From: Squalus acanthias
Taxonomy: Eukaryota
Length of the DNA: 64,000 bases
Direction: 5' to 3'
Assembly (NCBI GenBank): GCA_030390025.1
Contig: CM059432.1
Location: forward strand, 137,332,001 to 137,396,000
This document shows positions 11,520 through 23,335 of this stretch, piece after piece. The notes beneath the pieces are model-generated. The model was not told the DNA's origin, searched no databases, and saw only the letters and a program-made list of their open reading frames with translations. Position 1 is the stretch's first letter. Each line of letters opens with the position of its first letter. The position numbers and the translations under genes are program-made.

Positions 11520-14500
11520 TGAGGTATCGTCATCCAAGTAGACGTCGCAGGAACCAGGATATCCATGGAAATCGACACTGATGCATCCGTAAGCGTAGTA
11601 CCAGAATCGCTATATCGCGACAAGTTGCGTGATTATCGACTAGAGAAATCGAAGGTAGAGCTGCGAGGCTACTCAGGAGAGCAAATCCCTGTAGTAGGAA
11701 GTGTCACCATACCAGTGAAATACAAGGATCAGTGTCAGAGCTTGCCTCGCATAGTAGTGGCAGGAGACAAGCCTGCCTTGATAGGTAGAAATTGGTTGGG
11801 ATCACTAAAGCTGGATTGGAATGAGATTTTTCATGTGGAAGCGAAATTTACATCGAAAGATGATGTCATAAAGCAGTATCCGAAGGTGTTCAGCGAAACG
11901 GGCAGTCCGATCCAAGACTTCAAGGCGAGTGTCAGAGTGCAGAAGGACGAAAGACCAGTTTACTGCAAGCCACGTCTCGTACCATACACACTCAAGGAGA
12001 AAGTTGAGCAAGAACTCAAGAGACTAGAAACTGAGAACATTATCTCTAAGGTAGATCAGAGTAATTGGGCTACACCCATTGTTGTTGTACCTAAGTCAGA
12101 TGGTAAGGTAAGGTTGTGTGGTGATTATAAGGTAACCGTAAACCAGGTTCGAGAGTGTAATCTACCCAATACATTGACAAATGTGGAAGATTTGTTCACA
12201 ACGCTGACAGGTGGCCAGATCATTTCGAAGTTAGATCTAACAAACACCTACCTACAACTGGAGTTAGATGAAGAGTCCAAGTCATGCTTGACTATAAATA
12301 CTCACCGAGGCCTATATCAGTTCAATAGGCTATCAGTTGGAGTGTCTTCTGCCCCCGACATATTCCAGGGGGTGAGGAAGCAAATTGTGCAAGGTATTGA
12401 AGGGGTAGTGTGTTATTTCAATGACATACTCATTTCAGCACCAAACAAGCAAATCCATGATGAGGTGTTGAATGAAGTGCTCAAACGGCTAGAGAAGCAC
12501 AGAGTATGAGTGACAGCTCACAAGTGTGAGTTGTTTCAAAACTCAGTGGAGTACTTAGGGCACAGAGTAGACAAAGATGGTTTATATCCAACCAAGGGAA
12601 ACCTGGATGCAATCAGAAATGCACCCACTCCCAAGAATGTCTCTGAACTTCGATCATTTTTGGATCTTTTGAATTATTACGGAAAGTTCCTCCTAAACTT
12701 GGCTACATTGTTACATCCACTGAATGAGCTGTTGAGAAAACAGGTCCCTTGGAAGTGGTCAAAAGAATGCGACACAGCATTCAAAGAGTGTAAAAGCCAG
12801 TTAGTAGAGAGTACCATGTTAGTTCACTATGATGTATCTAAGGAGATCATGCTAATGTGTGACGCCTCTCCATACGGAGTTGGGGCAGTGATCTCTCATG
12901 TACTAGATAGTGGGGAGGAGAGACCAATTGCTTTTGCTTCACGCACTCTCAGTGCCAGTGAGTGGAATTATGCGCAGATCGTAAGGGAAGCTTTGTCATT
13001 GATTTTTTGGGTCAAGAAGTTTCACAAATACTTGTTTGGTCGTATGTTTACCATAGTTACTGACCATAAGCCCCTGACAGCAATCCTCCATCCAAAGTCC
13101 CTAGTTCCAACCTTAGCTGCAGCCCGAATGCAGAGATGGGCTTTGATTTTGTCAGCATATACGAATGACATTGAGTACAGACGATCAGCTGATCACAGTA
13201 ATGTTGATGCTATGTCCAGGTTGCCTTCCCCATCACAAGTTACACCCAATAAGGAAGAAGTGTTCTGTTTCTCATACATTGATGAGCTGCCAGTCACAGC
13301 TGAAGAGATTGGTAGGGCAACCAAATGTGACCCAATTATGTCAAAGGTGTGTGATTACATAGCAAATGGATGGCCAAACCAGGTATCAGAGGAAGCTATC
13401 CATCCATACTTTGTTCATAGGAATGAATTGTCAGTGGATAAAGATTGTATCATGTGGGGAGCAAGAGTGGTTATCCCAAATAGGTTCAGGTCTAAATTGT
13501 TAGGAGATCTTCATGACCAGCACCTGGGAATGTGCTTGACCAAGAGCTTTGCATGCAGTTACCTTTGGTGGCCAGGTTTAGATAAAGAGATAGAGTACAT
13601 AGTCAGTCAGTGTACAACATGTCAATCGGTGAGCAAGAAACCACCATTAGTACCATTACAGCCACGGAAATAGCCTCCCAGAGTGTGGCAAAGGTTGCAT
13701 GTAGATTTTGCTGAGCTAGAAGGACAGCAATTCTTCATAGTGATTGATAGTCAGTCGAAGTGGGTAGAGGCGTTTCCAATGCGGATAATAACAACAAGCA
13801 AAACACTAGACAATTTGTGAAGATTGTTTTCTTCATACGGCCTCCCAGAAGAAATTGTGGCTGATAATGGGCCGCAATTTTGTTCAGAAGAGTTCACACA
13901 GTTCATGAGCAGAAATGGTGTGAAACATACCAAAGTTCCACCGTTCCACCCTGCTTCAAATGGTGCAGCAGAGCGCACAGTACAACTTGTCAAATGTGCC
14001 CTCATCAAGCAAATGTTGGATCCAAATCCAAAGGAACGTCAGTTGTCGTTGGAGCACAAACTGGCAAATTTTCTGATTACCTATCGGAATACTCCTCATA
14101 CCACTACTGGTAGAAAACCAGCAGAGTTGTTTCTCAAACAACAGCCACGAACCAGGTTCTCGTTGTTAAAGCCAAACTTGGCACAGTCCGTAGAAGAGAA
14201 ACAATCAAGGCAGAAGGAGTCATGAGTTAGAGAGAGAAGTGTGAAGTTGAACCAGAAGGTTAGAGTGAAGAACCATCACCATAAACTGTTAAAGTGGTTA
14301 CCAGGAAGAGTAGTGAAAATATGTGGCCCTTGCACATATTTGGTCAAGATGTTTGATCATGTTTGATCATGGAAAGGTTAGGTTTGTTCACATTGATCAT
14401 AACTTACCTACAGATGTGGAAGGAGTTGAAAGCTGGGATGATTCAATTTATTCTGATGAATCAGATAGTCTTGTTACAAGTAGAGTACCAGTAGCAAATC

Positions 14501-14748
14501 CTACATCAGACGTACCAGAAACAAGTCCAAGACAAAGTCAGAATTTAAGTCTGAGCCTGAGTCAGGCAGACAAACAGTCTGAAAGTATAGAGAGACCAAA
14601 TGTAGATCAAGGTCAGCCCTTGGAGAAAAATTCTCCACTGATTCAGCCTAGAATAAGTCAAAGTCCTACAACAAGATCTGAAAGTTCTGTTCAAGAAAGA
14701 AGGTCTCCTCTTCAAAACAGAAAACCAGTGATTAAGTTTAATCTGTAA
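11520..14748 (+). pseudogene. Gypsy pol remnant (protease, RT, RNase H, integrase)
   Basis: ORFs 11565-12509, 12510-13673 and 13824-14225 contain IDTDAS (DTG mutated), WATPIVVVPK..RLCGDY, YFND (YxDD mutated), CDASPYGVGAV, TDHKPL, HHCC, DNGPQF and SNGAAER. In-frame stops at 12507 and 13671. Confidence 0.92.
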
Positions 14749-14905
14749 ATATGGAAAATAAGTTCATATCTTTTGTTTGCGTTACAGAATTCTAGAGTAG
14801 AATTTGGAAACATAAAATGGGTTCCATTTGAGAAATGTATACCAAGAGTTGTGTATACCATGCTAGTCATGTACAATGATTATTTGCATGATTAACTTCT
14901 TCAAT

Positions 14906-14918
14906 AAGGAGGGAGAAG
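14906..14918 (+). promoter_or_regulatory. Polypurine tract
   Basis: aaggagggagaag immediately before the 3' LTR. Confidence 0.85.
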
Positions 14919-15022
14919 TGTAATAGAGCCACCTGGTGGACTACTGATGTATGTAATAATAAAGCCATACCAGAAGCCATGTTGTGTTGCTGTATATATA
15001 TGCTGTGTCCCAAGATATCACA
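14919..15022 (+). repeat. 3' LTR (104 bp)
   Basis: Copy of the 5' LTR lacking 16 bp (gagcagtacagttctg), with about 7 substitutions. Confidence 0.93.
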
Positions 15023-15679
15023 CTATTCACCTCAACTACTCCATGTGGTAGCAAGTTCCACATTCTAACCAAATTCTTCTGCCGCGATGCAACATCAGCA
15101 TGCTGGGGATACACGTGGCTCTCACCAGAAGCTGCACTACAGCGGTCATTCAAGGAGATGAGAGGCCCAGAATACCTGGGACATGGGAGCCCAGCAATTC
15201 CGTCCGCCAGGGATTTCCACAGCTGACCCCAAACAGATAGGGTTGCCAACTCTCCAGGATTGACCTGGAGTCACCAGGAATTGAAGAGTAATGTCCTCGA
15301 CATTGTTGCCAGTAAGCCAGGAGGAAACCCATAGGTGTATTTTTTAAATTTTCTTCGAATAACTTTGTTTATCGCTTATAAAAAATATTGGAGATGGGGG
15401 AAAAAGGTGCATTGCCAAAGTCCCTTTTGATTTCAGAAGGTTGTACAGACTCTAGAAGCACTTTAAGTAGCCAAAAAAATGATAAACTATCGGCAAAATG
15501 TCTGCCTAACCATTGTAATGTTTTAAATGAGAGTAGGTGAGAATCCCTTTAAATAGCACTGCAAGCCTCCTCCTGACCTGTACCGCCCATGGTTTGTGGG
15601 CGGGTTGAGGAAGTGTTGGTGGCAGCACTAGTTTTTAGTGGTGATGATGGCTGCCTGAATGGAGGTCACTCAAAAATCA

Positions 15680-15975
15680 GAACATAGGAACAGGAGGAGG
15701 CCATTCAGCCCCTCGAGCCTGTTCCGCCATTCAATGAGATCCTGGCTGATCTGTATCTTAACTCCATCCACCTGCCTTGGCTCCATATCCTTTGATGCCC
15801 TTGTCAGCAAAACTGCTTTTTGTGGGAGAGTGTAACACACTTCTACCATCCTCTGCATGAAGAAGTCTTTTCTAACTTCTCTCCTGAATGGCATGGCTCT
15901 GATTTTAAGGTTATGTCCACTTGTCCCAGACTCCCCCCACTAGCAGAAAAAGTTTCTCTATAGCTACCCTATCAA
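15680..15975 (-). mobile_element. CR1 3' fragment, followed by a Deu-SINE 3' half (+, about 15975-16170)
   Basis: gaacataggaacaggaggaggccattcagcc tail. The SINE body is cagattatctggtcattatcacattgctg...tataaatgcaagtc. Confidence 0.75.
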
Positions 15976-16360
15976 CATCACTAAAAAACAGATTATCTGG
16001 TCATTATCACATTGCTGTTTGTGGGAGCTTGCTGTGCGCAAATTGGCTGCTGCATTTCACTATATTACAACAGTGACCACACTTCAAAAGTATTTAATTG
16101 GCTGTAAAGCGCTTTAGGATGTCCGATGGTCGTGAAAGGTGTTATATAAATGCAAGTCTTTCTTTCTTTTCCTCCTATGGGGTCGATCCCTACATGAACT
16201 AGCGGCATCGACTATCTCGCAGCCCCCTCTTCAGTATTGGTCTGGTTCTGATCATACTTCTCAACCTCCTGAAGGTTCAATGTGCAGCATGTGACCAAAA
16301 TATGCAACATTCATTTTTTCACAACACACGGCACTAACGTGTGTGAAATAAAAAACTTTT

Positions 16361-17880
16361 GGGGGGAAAGATTCGGTAGGTTAGCGCCTCCCATTAGCAC
16401 CAGCAGAGGGCGGTAACAGGGTGCTGATGCAGTAGCGCCGGGGCGAGGCAAATCAATCGGTGCACGGCAAATCCGGCCCCCCCTATTGCGTCGCCGGTAC
16501 GAGGTACCGCCAGGGAATTCAACGCCAGGCAGATCGTGAGCATGCAACGCTCACTGGACGCCCGATCTGCAAAATTCATTGTCGCCTCTTAGCTTTGTGC
16601 CTCGCCCAGAAAGAGACAGGGAGAGCAGGCGCACAGCTACTGGAAGCCGGCTCCAGCGATGTTATTTATAGGCATCAGCATTAATCACTCGCAGCTGTCA
16701 GGCAGGTTAGTTTCAGTGGCTTCTTGTCAGTTTCAGCCAGTGGAGCAGTTTGCATGAGTAATTTCAAGCTTCTTTTTTATCAGCAGTCTTCTGGCAAGTG
16801 CACAGTGGCTACATTTATTGTTCAAAGGTTCAAACTGCTACACCTGGCAACATTAATGGGGGCTGTACTGGCATGCCACCTCGCCCTCTGGGATCTACGG
16901 CAGAGGGAGCATAGGCAGCTAGAAATACAGGAACATGTGCGCAGACAGTTGAGGAGGGACATCAGGGCTCTCACCAGGAGGAGTTACCCTCCGAGGGTAT
17001 TCCAACAGCACTTCTCCTACCTCCAATTAAGCGAGGAGCAGTGTATTAGACAGCTCTGCATCACCAAGGTGGTGGTCACAGAACTCTGCCACATCCTCCA
17101 AACAGACCTCCAGCTCACACCAGGATGACTTAAACCCCAGATCCCTTTTGCTCACCACATGCCCATCATACCATCCCTGTGTCGTGCTATATCACAGTGT
17201 CCTCCTGGGCACAAAGGTGAAATGAGAGAGACCACAAAATATTGCAAACTCCATTAATAAATTTATGCATAAACATATCACACATGTCGCATTCATTCTA
17301 ATAACTGATGACCCTTGTGCCTGCCATAGTTGAATAGCTGTCATTGTGTGTAAGGCGTGAGATGTGGGTGTGAGTGTTGGTAGGTAGAGATTGTTGGTGA
17401 GTGAGCGCTGGGGGTATGGTGCTTTGGGCAGTGTGTGAAGCTTGTGGTACAGATGGTGGTGTGTAGCATTTGTTGAAACATTCACTCACCCTGACCGCCC
17501 GACTGAGGTGGATCTGCCATGAGCACACCTGCTTCAGTCCTCCGGCTCCTTCTCCTTGTTGTGCTTCTCCTTGCTGAGGCAGCTGCACAGCCAGCATTGC
17601 TGCGAATGAGGTGCTGCAGGATCAATGAACCTCCCCTTTAAGTACTGGGAAAAGCCTGTGGCAATGATGAGTTGAGATTAGACTGCACCCGATATTGGTC
17701 CACCCGTTGAGTATAATGCCACTGAGCTGGACCTTTAAGACTTGATTTAGTGCCCCAATCATTTCTTTGAGCAGTGAGAATGAATTTTGCGTGCAGTCTA
17801 AAGCATTAGCGCCTGGCGCTAATTCTCAAACTTTTCTAAAGATACCGCCCATTCCTGGGCTATAATGAGTTTCTAGCCCT
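16361..17880. mobile_element. Internally deleted PIF/Harbinger transposon remnant
   Basis: + strand 16856-17128 encodes RRSYPPRVFQQHFSYLQLSEEQCIRQLCITKVVVTELCHILQTDL, resembling the N-terminus of HARBI1-type transposases. A convergent - strand remnant ..LSRAVR|GTGAGT near 17485-17600 resembles the Myb/SANT partner gene. Subtermini are GC-rich. Boundaries are approximate. Confidence 0.55.
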
Positions 17881-18491
17881 TGATGTTTTTCTGGAGTTCA
17901 TTGTGAAACCATGATAGAAAGAAGGAAGAAAAATAGCGAGCATGCATATTTTTTCCCTGAAGCGCCATTTTACAGATAAACAGAAAATGAATGGAATCTT
18001 CCGTTAAAAGCATGTACCAGGGACAAAGCAAAATTCCTGCCAGGAATGTGAAGCACTCCACAAATTGTTCAGCACTTGTGAGGTATTGTCTTGTCTTCAA
18101 TATTTTTGCTAATTGAAATACATGGATTATACAGGTGAAAGTGAAGCTGATTTTTCAGTGAAAGCGTTCATGATATTTACCAAGAGTATTTCCTTTTCAT
18201 TTTAAAATAGCAAAGCCTTTACATCCAGTGTTATGAGCTGGCCCATTAATACCTTACCAACGTAATTTGTAACCAAGGAAACATTACTATTCAGTACTTC
18301 CTTTGATCTGTATTGTGTCGACTGCTATGGAGAAGTCTGTGTGTCCATCAATAACATTTCTTCAGCATATCAAAAGTACTTCCCCCAGGCAGCATTTAAG
18401 CTCAAGCACAAATTAAACTGAACTCTGAATTCAGAGCCTTGTTTTTTCACAGTCACTTGCCCTCCAAAAATATGTAACTCTGAAACAGTAC

Positions 18492-19177
18492 GGCCCAGAA
18501 TTTCCTGCAGCGCCATGAATTGGATTTTTTTTTCTGACTTATTCAGCTCCAAATAATTTGATGTCGCAAATTGCTGGGAGCGCGAGCTGATAATGGGGTC
18601 AACGGAGCATCTGGGGACCTTGGTGAATGCCTGGACCAACAGTCTATCTCCTGTTAAATTTAAGGATCGAGAAAGAAACAGAACGAATGACTGAGAAGGG
18701 AATAGGGTGGATTAGAGTCAAATCGGATAGCAGAAAGAGAAATAAAGAGAGGGAAAGAAAGATTTGATTGCGAGAGAGAGAGAAAAGGGACGGGAAGGAA
18801 AAAAAAAAGATTTTTTTTTTAAATTTTTGAACATTTTAAATTTTAAAAAGCCTCTAGGAACAATTTACTACCCGCAGGAATGGGACTCCGCTGTTTCAAC
18901 TGTTAACCTTTTGGACCGGAGAGGTTGTGTGGCTTTGCAGGAACATAAATCTCACCAGTAAAAGAGTCCTCACGTTGTGAAATACCACAAAGTTTAATTT
19001 GTACATACGCCGCAAATCCAGCAATTTCCTGAAACCTGACGGCGAGATCCCAGCAACTTGTGGCAATTCACAATTCACGCTGTATCTCTTCCTCACCACA
19101 ACTTGCTGGACGATTTACACATTAATAACGGCAAGCGCCATTAAACCCACCATTATTTTGGCAGAGAATTCAGGGCC
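18492..19177. mobile_element. Non-autonomous TIR element (Harbinger-like MITE), same family as 51344-54376
   Basis: TIR ggcccagaatttcctgc / gcagagaattcagggcc. Internal caacggagcatctgg(g)gaccttggtgaatg..accaacagtctatctcc is shared with 51474-51526. Confidence 0.7.
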
Positions 19178-20056
19178 CAGTATAAGTTGGGAAAGGACTT
19201 GAAGGCAATTGTTATCATTTATTAAAAAAAAAGATAATGCAACAACGCTGTATTTGAAAGTCTGAATATGTGTCGCACACCGTCATTATTTCAGAAAACA
19301 AACCATTAGCTGAAGATCCAACTGTTTCGGAGGGCCAGAATTCACTTGTTGAGCGCGTCTCTCCCCTGTGTGGTGGGAAAGGATATCTCCAAATGGGAAA
19401 GAAGATCTAACAACTACAGGTCTTGTGACCACAGTGGAACAATTTGGATCAGTCTGGCTCCTTTTCTTACCATTAGGAGAATCTTGAGGATTAGAGGGAA
19501 ATACGGGAAGCCATAAGGGAATCTAACCTATATAGAGAGGCTGCAGTTTTCCATTCCGTGCTCAACATGGGGAAGTATTTACCCGGTGCAAATGGACAGG
19601 CTGAAGATTTTTCAAAATAAAAGCCCGACTTTGAATTTGGTGTCTGCTTATGCTCCCGTGAATTTTAAATGTCACATTCCCCCAAGTCCATGGCAATGCT
19701 TGATGCCAGGTGTGCTTTGTGTCCAGCATCGCTCGGGTGTAAATGTTGGGAAAATATGTCCATAATCTAGGCTAACCTTCGAGTACAGTACTAAGGAAGT
19801 ACTGTATTGTTGGAGGTGCTGACTTTCAGATAGATATTAAACCTATCTGCCTGTTCAGGTGGATGTTAAAACTTTCCATAACATTATTTGAAAATAGCAA
19901 TGTGTTCTCCTGATTTCCCAGTCAACATTCCTCCCTCAACCAACACCACCAAAATATACAATAGCAAAATACTGCGGAGGCTGGAAATCTGAAATAACAA
20001 CAGAAAATGCTGGAAACACTCAGCAGGCCAGGCAGCATCCGTGGAGAGAGAAACAG

Positions 20057-20093
20057 AATTAACGTTTCAGGTCTGTGACCCTTCGTCAGAACT
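20057..20093 (-). ncRNA. Minimal type I hammerhead ribozyme motif in Penelope pLTR
   Basis: The minus strand reads AGTT-CTGACGA-A-GGGTC-ACA-GACCT-GAAAC-GTT-AATT. Confidence 0.7.
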
Positions 20094-20407
20094 GGTAAAA
20101 GTTGGAGATGTAACAGGTTTTAAGCAGGTGCAGAGGCAGGGAAAGGGGGGAGGGGGAGGGGAGGAAGGAACTAAAGGGACGGTCTGTGCTAGGATTGAAG
20201 GCAGGAGAGATTACATGTTGCAAATGGGAATGGCAGAATCATCAACAGCTGCTGCCTGAAAAAATGGGGGCAGGGGTTATAGTCTGAAATTGTTGAACTC
20301 AATGTTGAGTCCAGAAGGCTGTAAAGTGCCTAATCGAAAGATGAGGTGCTGCTCCTCGAGCTTACATTGAGCTTCATTGGAACAGTGTAAGAGGCCGAGG
20401 ACAGAGA

Positions 20408-20444
20408 GGTTCTGACGAAGGGTCACAGACCTGAAACGTTAACT
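20408..20444 (+). ncRNA. Minimal type I hammerhead ribozyme motif in the inverted pLTR copy
   Basis: ggtt-CTGACGA(20412-20418)-a-gggtc-aca-gacct-GAAAC(20433-20437)-gtt-aact. Confidence 0.7.
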
Positions 20445-20689
20445 CTGTTTCTCTCTCCACGGATGCTGCCTGGCCTGCTGAGTGTTTCCAGCAGTTTCTG
20501 TTGTTATACCACCAAAATATAAATGTGTTGCTCGTTCATCCACTTGCTATCTGTGGGGCCTCATATGCAAACTGCGCGTTACAATTGCCTACATAATTGT
20601 GACGTGTTTTAAATGTAATCCATTAGTTATGAAGTGGATGCCCTGAGGATATGACAGGGCATTATGTAAATGAAAGTTCTTTTTTCAAG

Positions 20690-22480
20690 TGTTTATGTAA
20701 TTCCCTCTTAAACATTATGACTGCCTCATCTTCAACATCCACTTGTGTAAAATGTTCTATGGCCTAATTATCATTTGCATGAAAATATCCATCTAATCTC
20801 CTTGTTTCTTTTATTACTAATCCTGAGCTCATGTTCCCTGGTTACTGGTTCACCAACCAGTGAAAATAATCCTTTACTATTAATTCTCTCAAATTCTTTC
20901 ATTATTTTGAACGCATCTATTCGAAACCTCATTAACCTTTTCTGCTCCAGTGAATACAGTCCTAATTTTTAATCGTCCCATAAAGTTGATGGTAATACCA
21001 TCCTAGTAAAGTTATACTGTATCTTTTCCATGATTCCAATATCCTTTCTATGACAGAGTGCCCAATATTGCACACATACGTCGACTGTGGTCTAACCAAT
21101 GTCTTCTACAGATTTACCATTATATCTTTGTTTCTGTATACAATGCCCCATATATAAAACTCTTTTTATGGCTTTATTTCCACCAGCAATCCCACTTTTA
21201 AAGATCTGTGTATCTAAAGCTCTTTGCCTCTCGACCCCATGGAGAGTTGTACAGTTTAGGGTATATTTCCTTTCTCTTTTCTTATTCTCATTTCACATTT
21301 ATTTACATTGAACTGCTTTTGCCCCCATATCTGTGCACTACCCTGACCTGTCTCTAACTCTTGTAGCCTCATGCATGTTTCCTTATAGCTTGCCATGCCC
21401 CCTTGGTATCATCAGCTAATTTTGATATAATGTGCATCATGCCCCTGTGCAGATTATTTAACATATGGCAATTGAGAGACACCAACACAGACAGCTAGAG
21501 CATCTCACTAGCTACGTCCCACCAGTCTGAGAAACATGTTACTCTTTGCTTTCAGCCCATTAGCTATCCTCTTATTCATCCTGCTACTTTAGCTTAAAGA
21601 CCATGGCAATTAATCTTCTCAATAGTTCTCTTTTGAAAGTGTACATACATCAGTCCTCCGGTCAAATTGAACCTGTAATCTCCTTGTCAGTAATTTCCTT
21701 GAATTCCCTTGATCAGAAGTAGTAAAGCAAGACCTGTCCCTTTTAAATCCATGTTGACTAGGCTTTGTATTCCCTTGAGTATAAAAGACAACAGGGTGAT
21801 CTAATTGAGGTGTTTAAGATAATTAAATGATTTGATCGGGTAGATAGGAAGAAATTATTTCCTCTGGTGGGGGGAGTCCAGAACAAGGGGGCATAATCTT
21901 AAAGTAAGAGCTGGGTCATTCAGGGATGATGTCAGGAAGCACTTCTTCACACAAAGGGTAGTGGAAATCTGGAACTCTCTCTCCCAAAAAGCTGTTGCGG
22001 CTGGGGGTCAAGTGAAAATGTCAAAATTGAGATGCATAGAGTTTTGTTAGGCAAGTATATTAAGGAGTTACGGAACCAAGGCGGGTAGATAGAGTTAAGA
22101 TACAGATCAGCCATGATTTAATTGAATGGTGCAACAGGCTCGAGGGGCTGAATGGCCTACTCTTGTTCCTATGTTACTTCCTATCTTCCTATGAATGTTC
22201 TTGACTAACCTGTAATTTTCTCAGTGTTCGGTTCACCACTGTTGTGCCTTATTATGGTTACTAGCTGTTTACCAACTAGTAATATGAGGCCAACTGGGTT
22301 ATAGTTACGATAGCAAAGTTACATGGGTTATCGGTTTCCTTTATTGACTAGGGGTGTAACATTCACCACACCTCTAGTCCTTTGGTACAATTCTTGCTTA
22401 CAAAAAATGTTGAAAAAAATTCTGCTATTTCGTCACAACTCTCACTCGGGTTTTCTTGAGTATTCTTAAGTCCCATTCAA
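20690..22480 (-). mobile_element. Highly degraded old CR1 LINE, interrupted by a younger CR1 fragment
   Basis: Patchy similarity to the minus-strand CR1 at 31437-33657 (e.g. tatcatcagctaattttga, aaatccatgttgact, ggggtgtaacattc). Confidence 0.55.
21762..22175 (+). mobile_element. CR1 3' fragment
   Basis: gggtgatctaattgaggtgtttaagat...cttcttcacacaaagggtagtggaaatctggaactctct...gaatggcctactcttgttcctatg. Confidence 0.8.
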
Positions 22481-22744
22481 GTTAATATGTTTTCTCAGAA
22501 TTGGCAGGTATAGTAATCCTACCCAGTCCTCTTTCCCTAATTAAATTAATCAAAAATATATCAAACAAAAACAGTATCTGAAGATATTGTTGCATTATTG
22601 CAAAGATTTTAACCAACCATTAGTCATGTATATAAATCTTTGCCCAAAGAATTGGTTTGTTATTTTGCACTAGATCACAGATTTATCTCTACTGGTAAAA
22701 TAGTTTGAAATGCAATAAGTTTGCATCATATGCTGAATACCATC

Positions 22745-22977
22745 TGACATGAATCTGTCATTCATGAAAGAAAGACTTATGAAATAATACTGAGTGGCCT
22801 GCGGGTGGCGCTGTCCAGGGAGAGTATAAATACTCGGGCACGGGCACGGGCCCAGCTTGCGCAGGACATTCTTAGCAGGAACTAGTGAAGGACACAACTA
22901 GACCTCCATGTTGTAAAACAGTTGATTAAAGCTTTGTTTAACGCTTATACCAAGTGGCTAGTAGGTTTCTTACGTCG
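22745..22977 (+). mobile_element. Solo LTR (233 bp), same family as 3898-4106
   Basis: TGAC...GTCG termini, TATAAATA and ATTAAA, 5-bp TSD ccatc (22740-22744 / 22978-22982). Confidence 0.85.
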
Positions 22978-22987
22978 CCATCCTCTA

Positions 22988-23320
22988 TCAACAACAACTT
23001 GCATTTACAGAGCGCCTTTAGCATAATAGATTGTCCCAAGGCGCTGCACAGGAGCGTTATTAGAAATATTTTACACTGAGCCACATAAAGGACAGATGAA
23101 AAAAAGCTTGGTCAAACAGGTAGGTTTTAAGGAGAGTCTTAAAGGAGGAGAGAGAGGTAGAGAGACAGAGAGGCTTAGGGAGGCAATTCCAGAGCTTAGG
23201 GCATCGGCAGCTGAAGGCACGGCCACCAATGGTGGAGCGATGAAAATCACAGATGCGCAAGAGGCCAGAATTGGAGGAGAGCAAAGATCTCGGAGGGTTG
23301 TCGGGCTGGAGGAGGTTATC
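22988..23320 (-). mobile_element. L2 LINE 3' end, sense to GALR1, abutting the exon 2 donor
   Basis: Encodes NLLQPDNPPRSL..TIGGRAFSC..PKLWNCLP..KTLLKTYLFDQAF and ends in a (caa)n tail. Confidence 0.85.
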
Positions 23321-23335
23321 AAGGTAACAGCTTAC

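Larger units (their letters stand above)
10328..15022 (+). mobile_element. Full-length, inactivated Ty3/Gypsy LTR retrotransposon (Mag-like), antisense within GALR1 intron 2
   Basis: Paired TG...CA LTRs, 5-bp TSD ctatt (10323-10327 / 15023-15027), PBS, PPT, and gag-PR-RT-RNaseH-IN domain order. Confidence 0.95.
19959..20507 (-). mobile_element. 5'-truncated Penelope-like element with inverted pLTRs
   Basis: - strand 20277-20407 encodes LSVLGLLHCSNEAQCKLEEQHLIFRLGTLQPSGLNIEFNNFRL* (GIY-YIG C-terminus). 99-bp inverted arms at 19994-20092 / 20409-20507. 14-bp TSD accaccaaaatata at 19945-19958 / 20508-20521. Inserted in an old Deu-SINE. Confidence 0.88.

Noticed and set aside
14349..14370. 10-bp tandem duplication atgtttgatc in the integrase C-terminal region
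   Set aside because: Ordinary post-insertion slippage mutation in a dead element.
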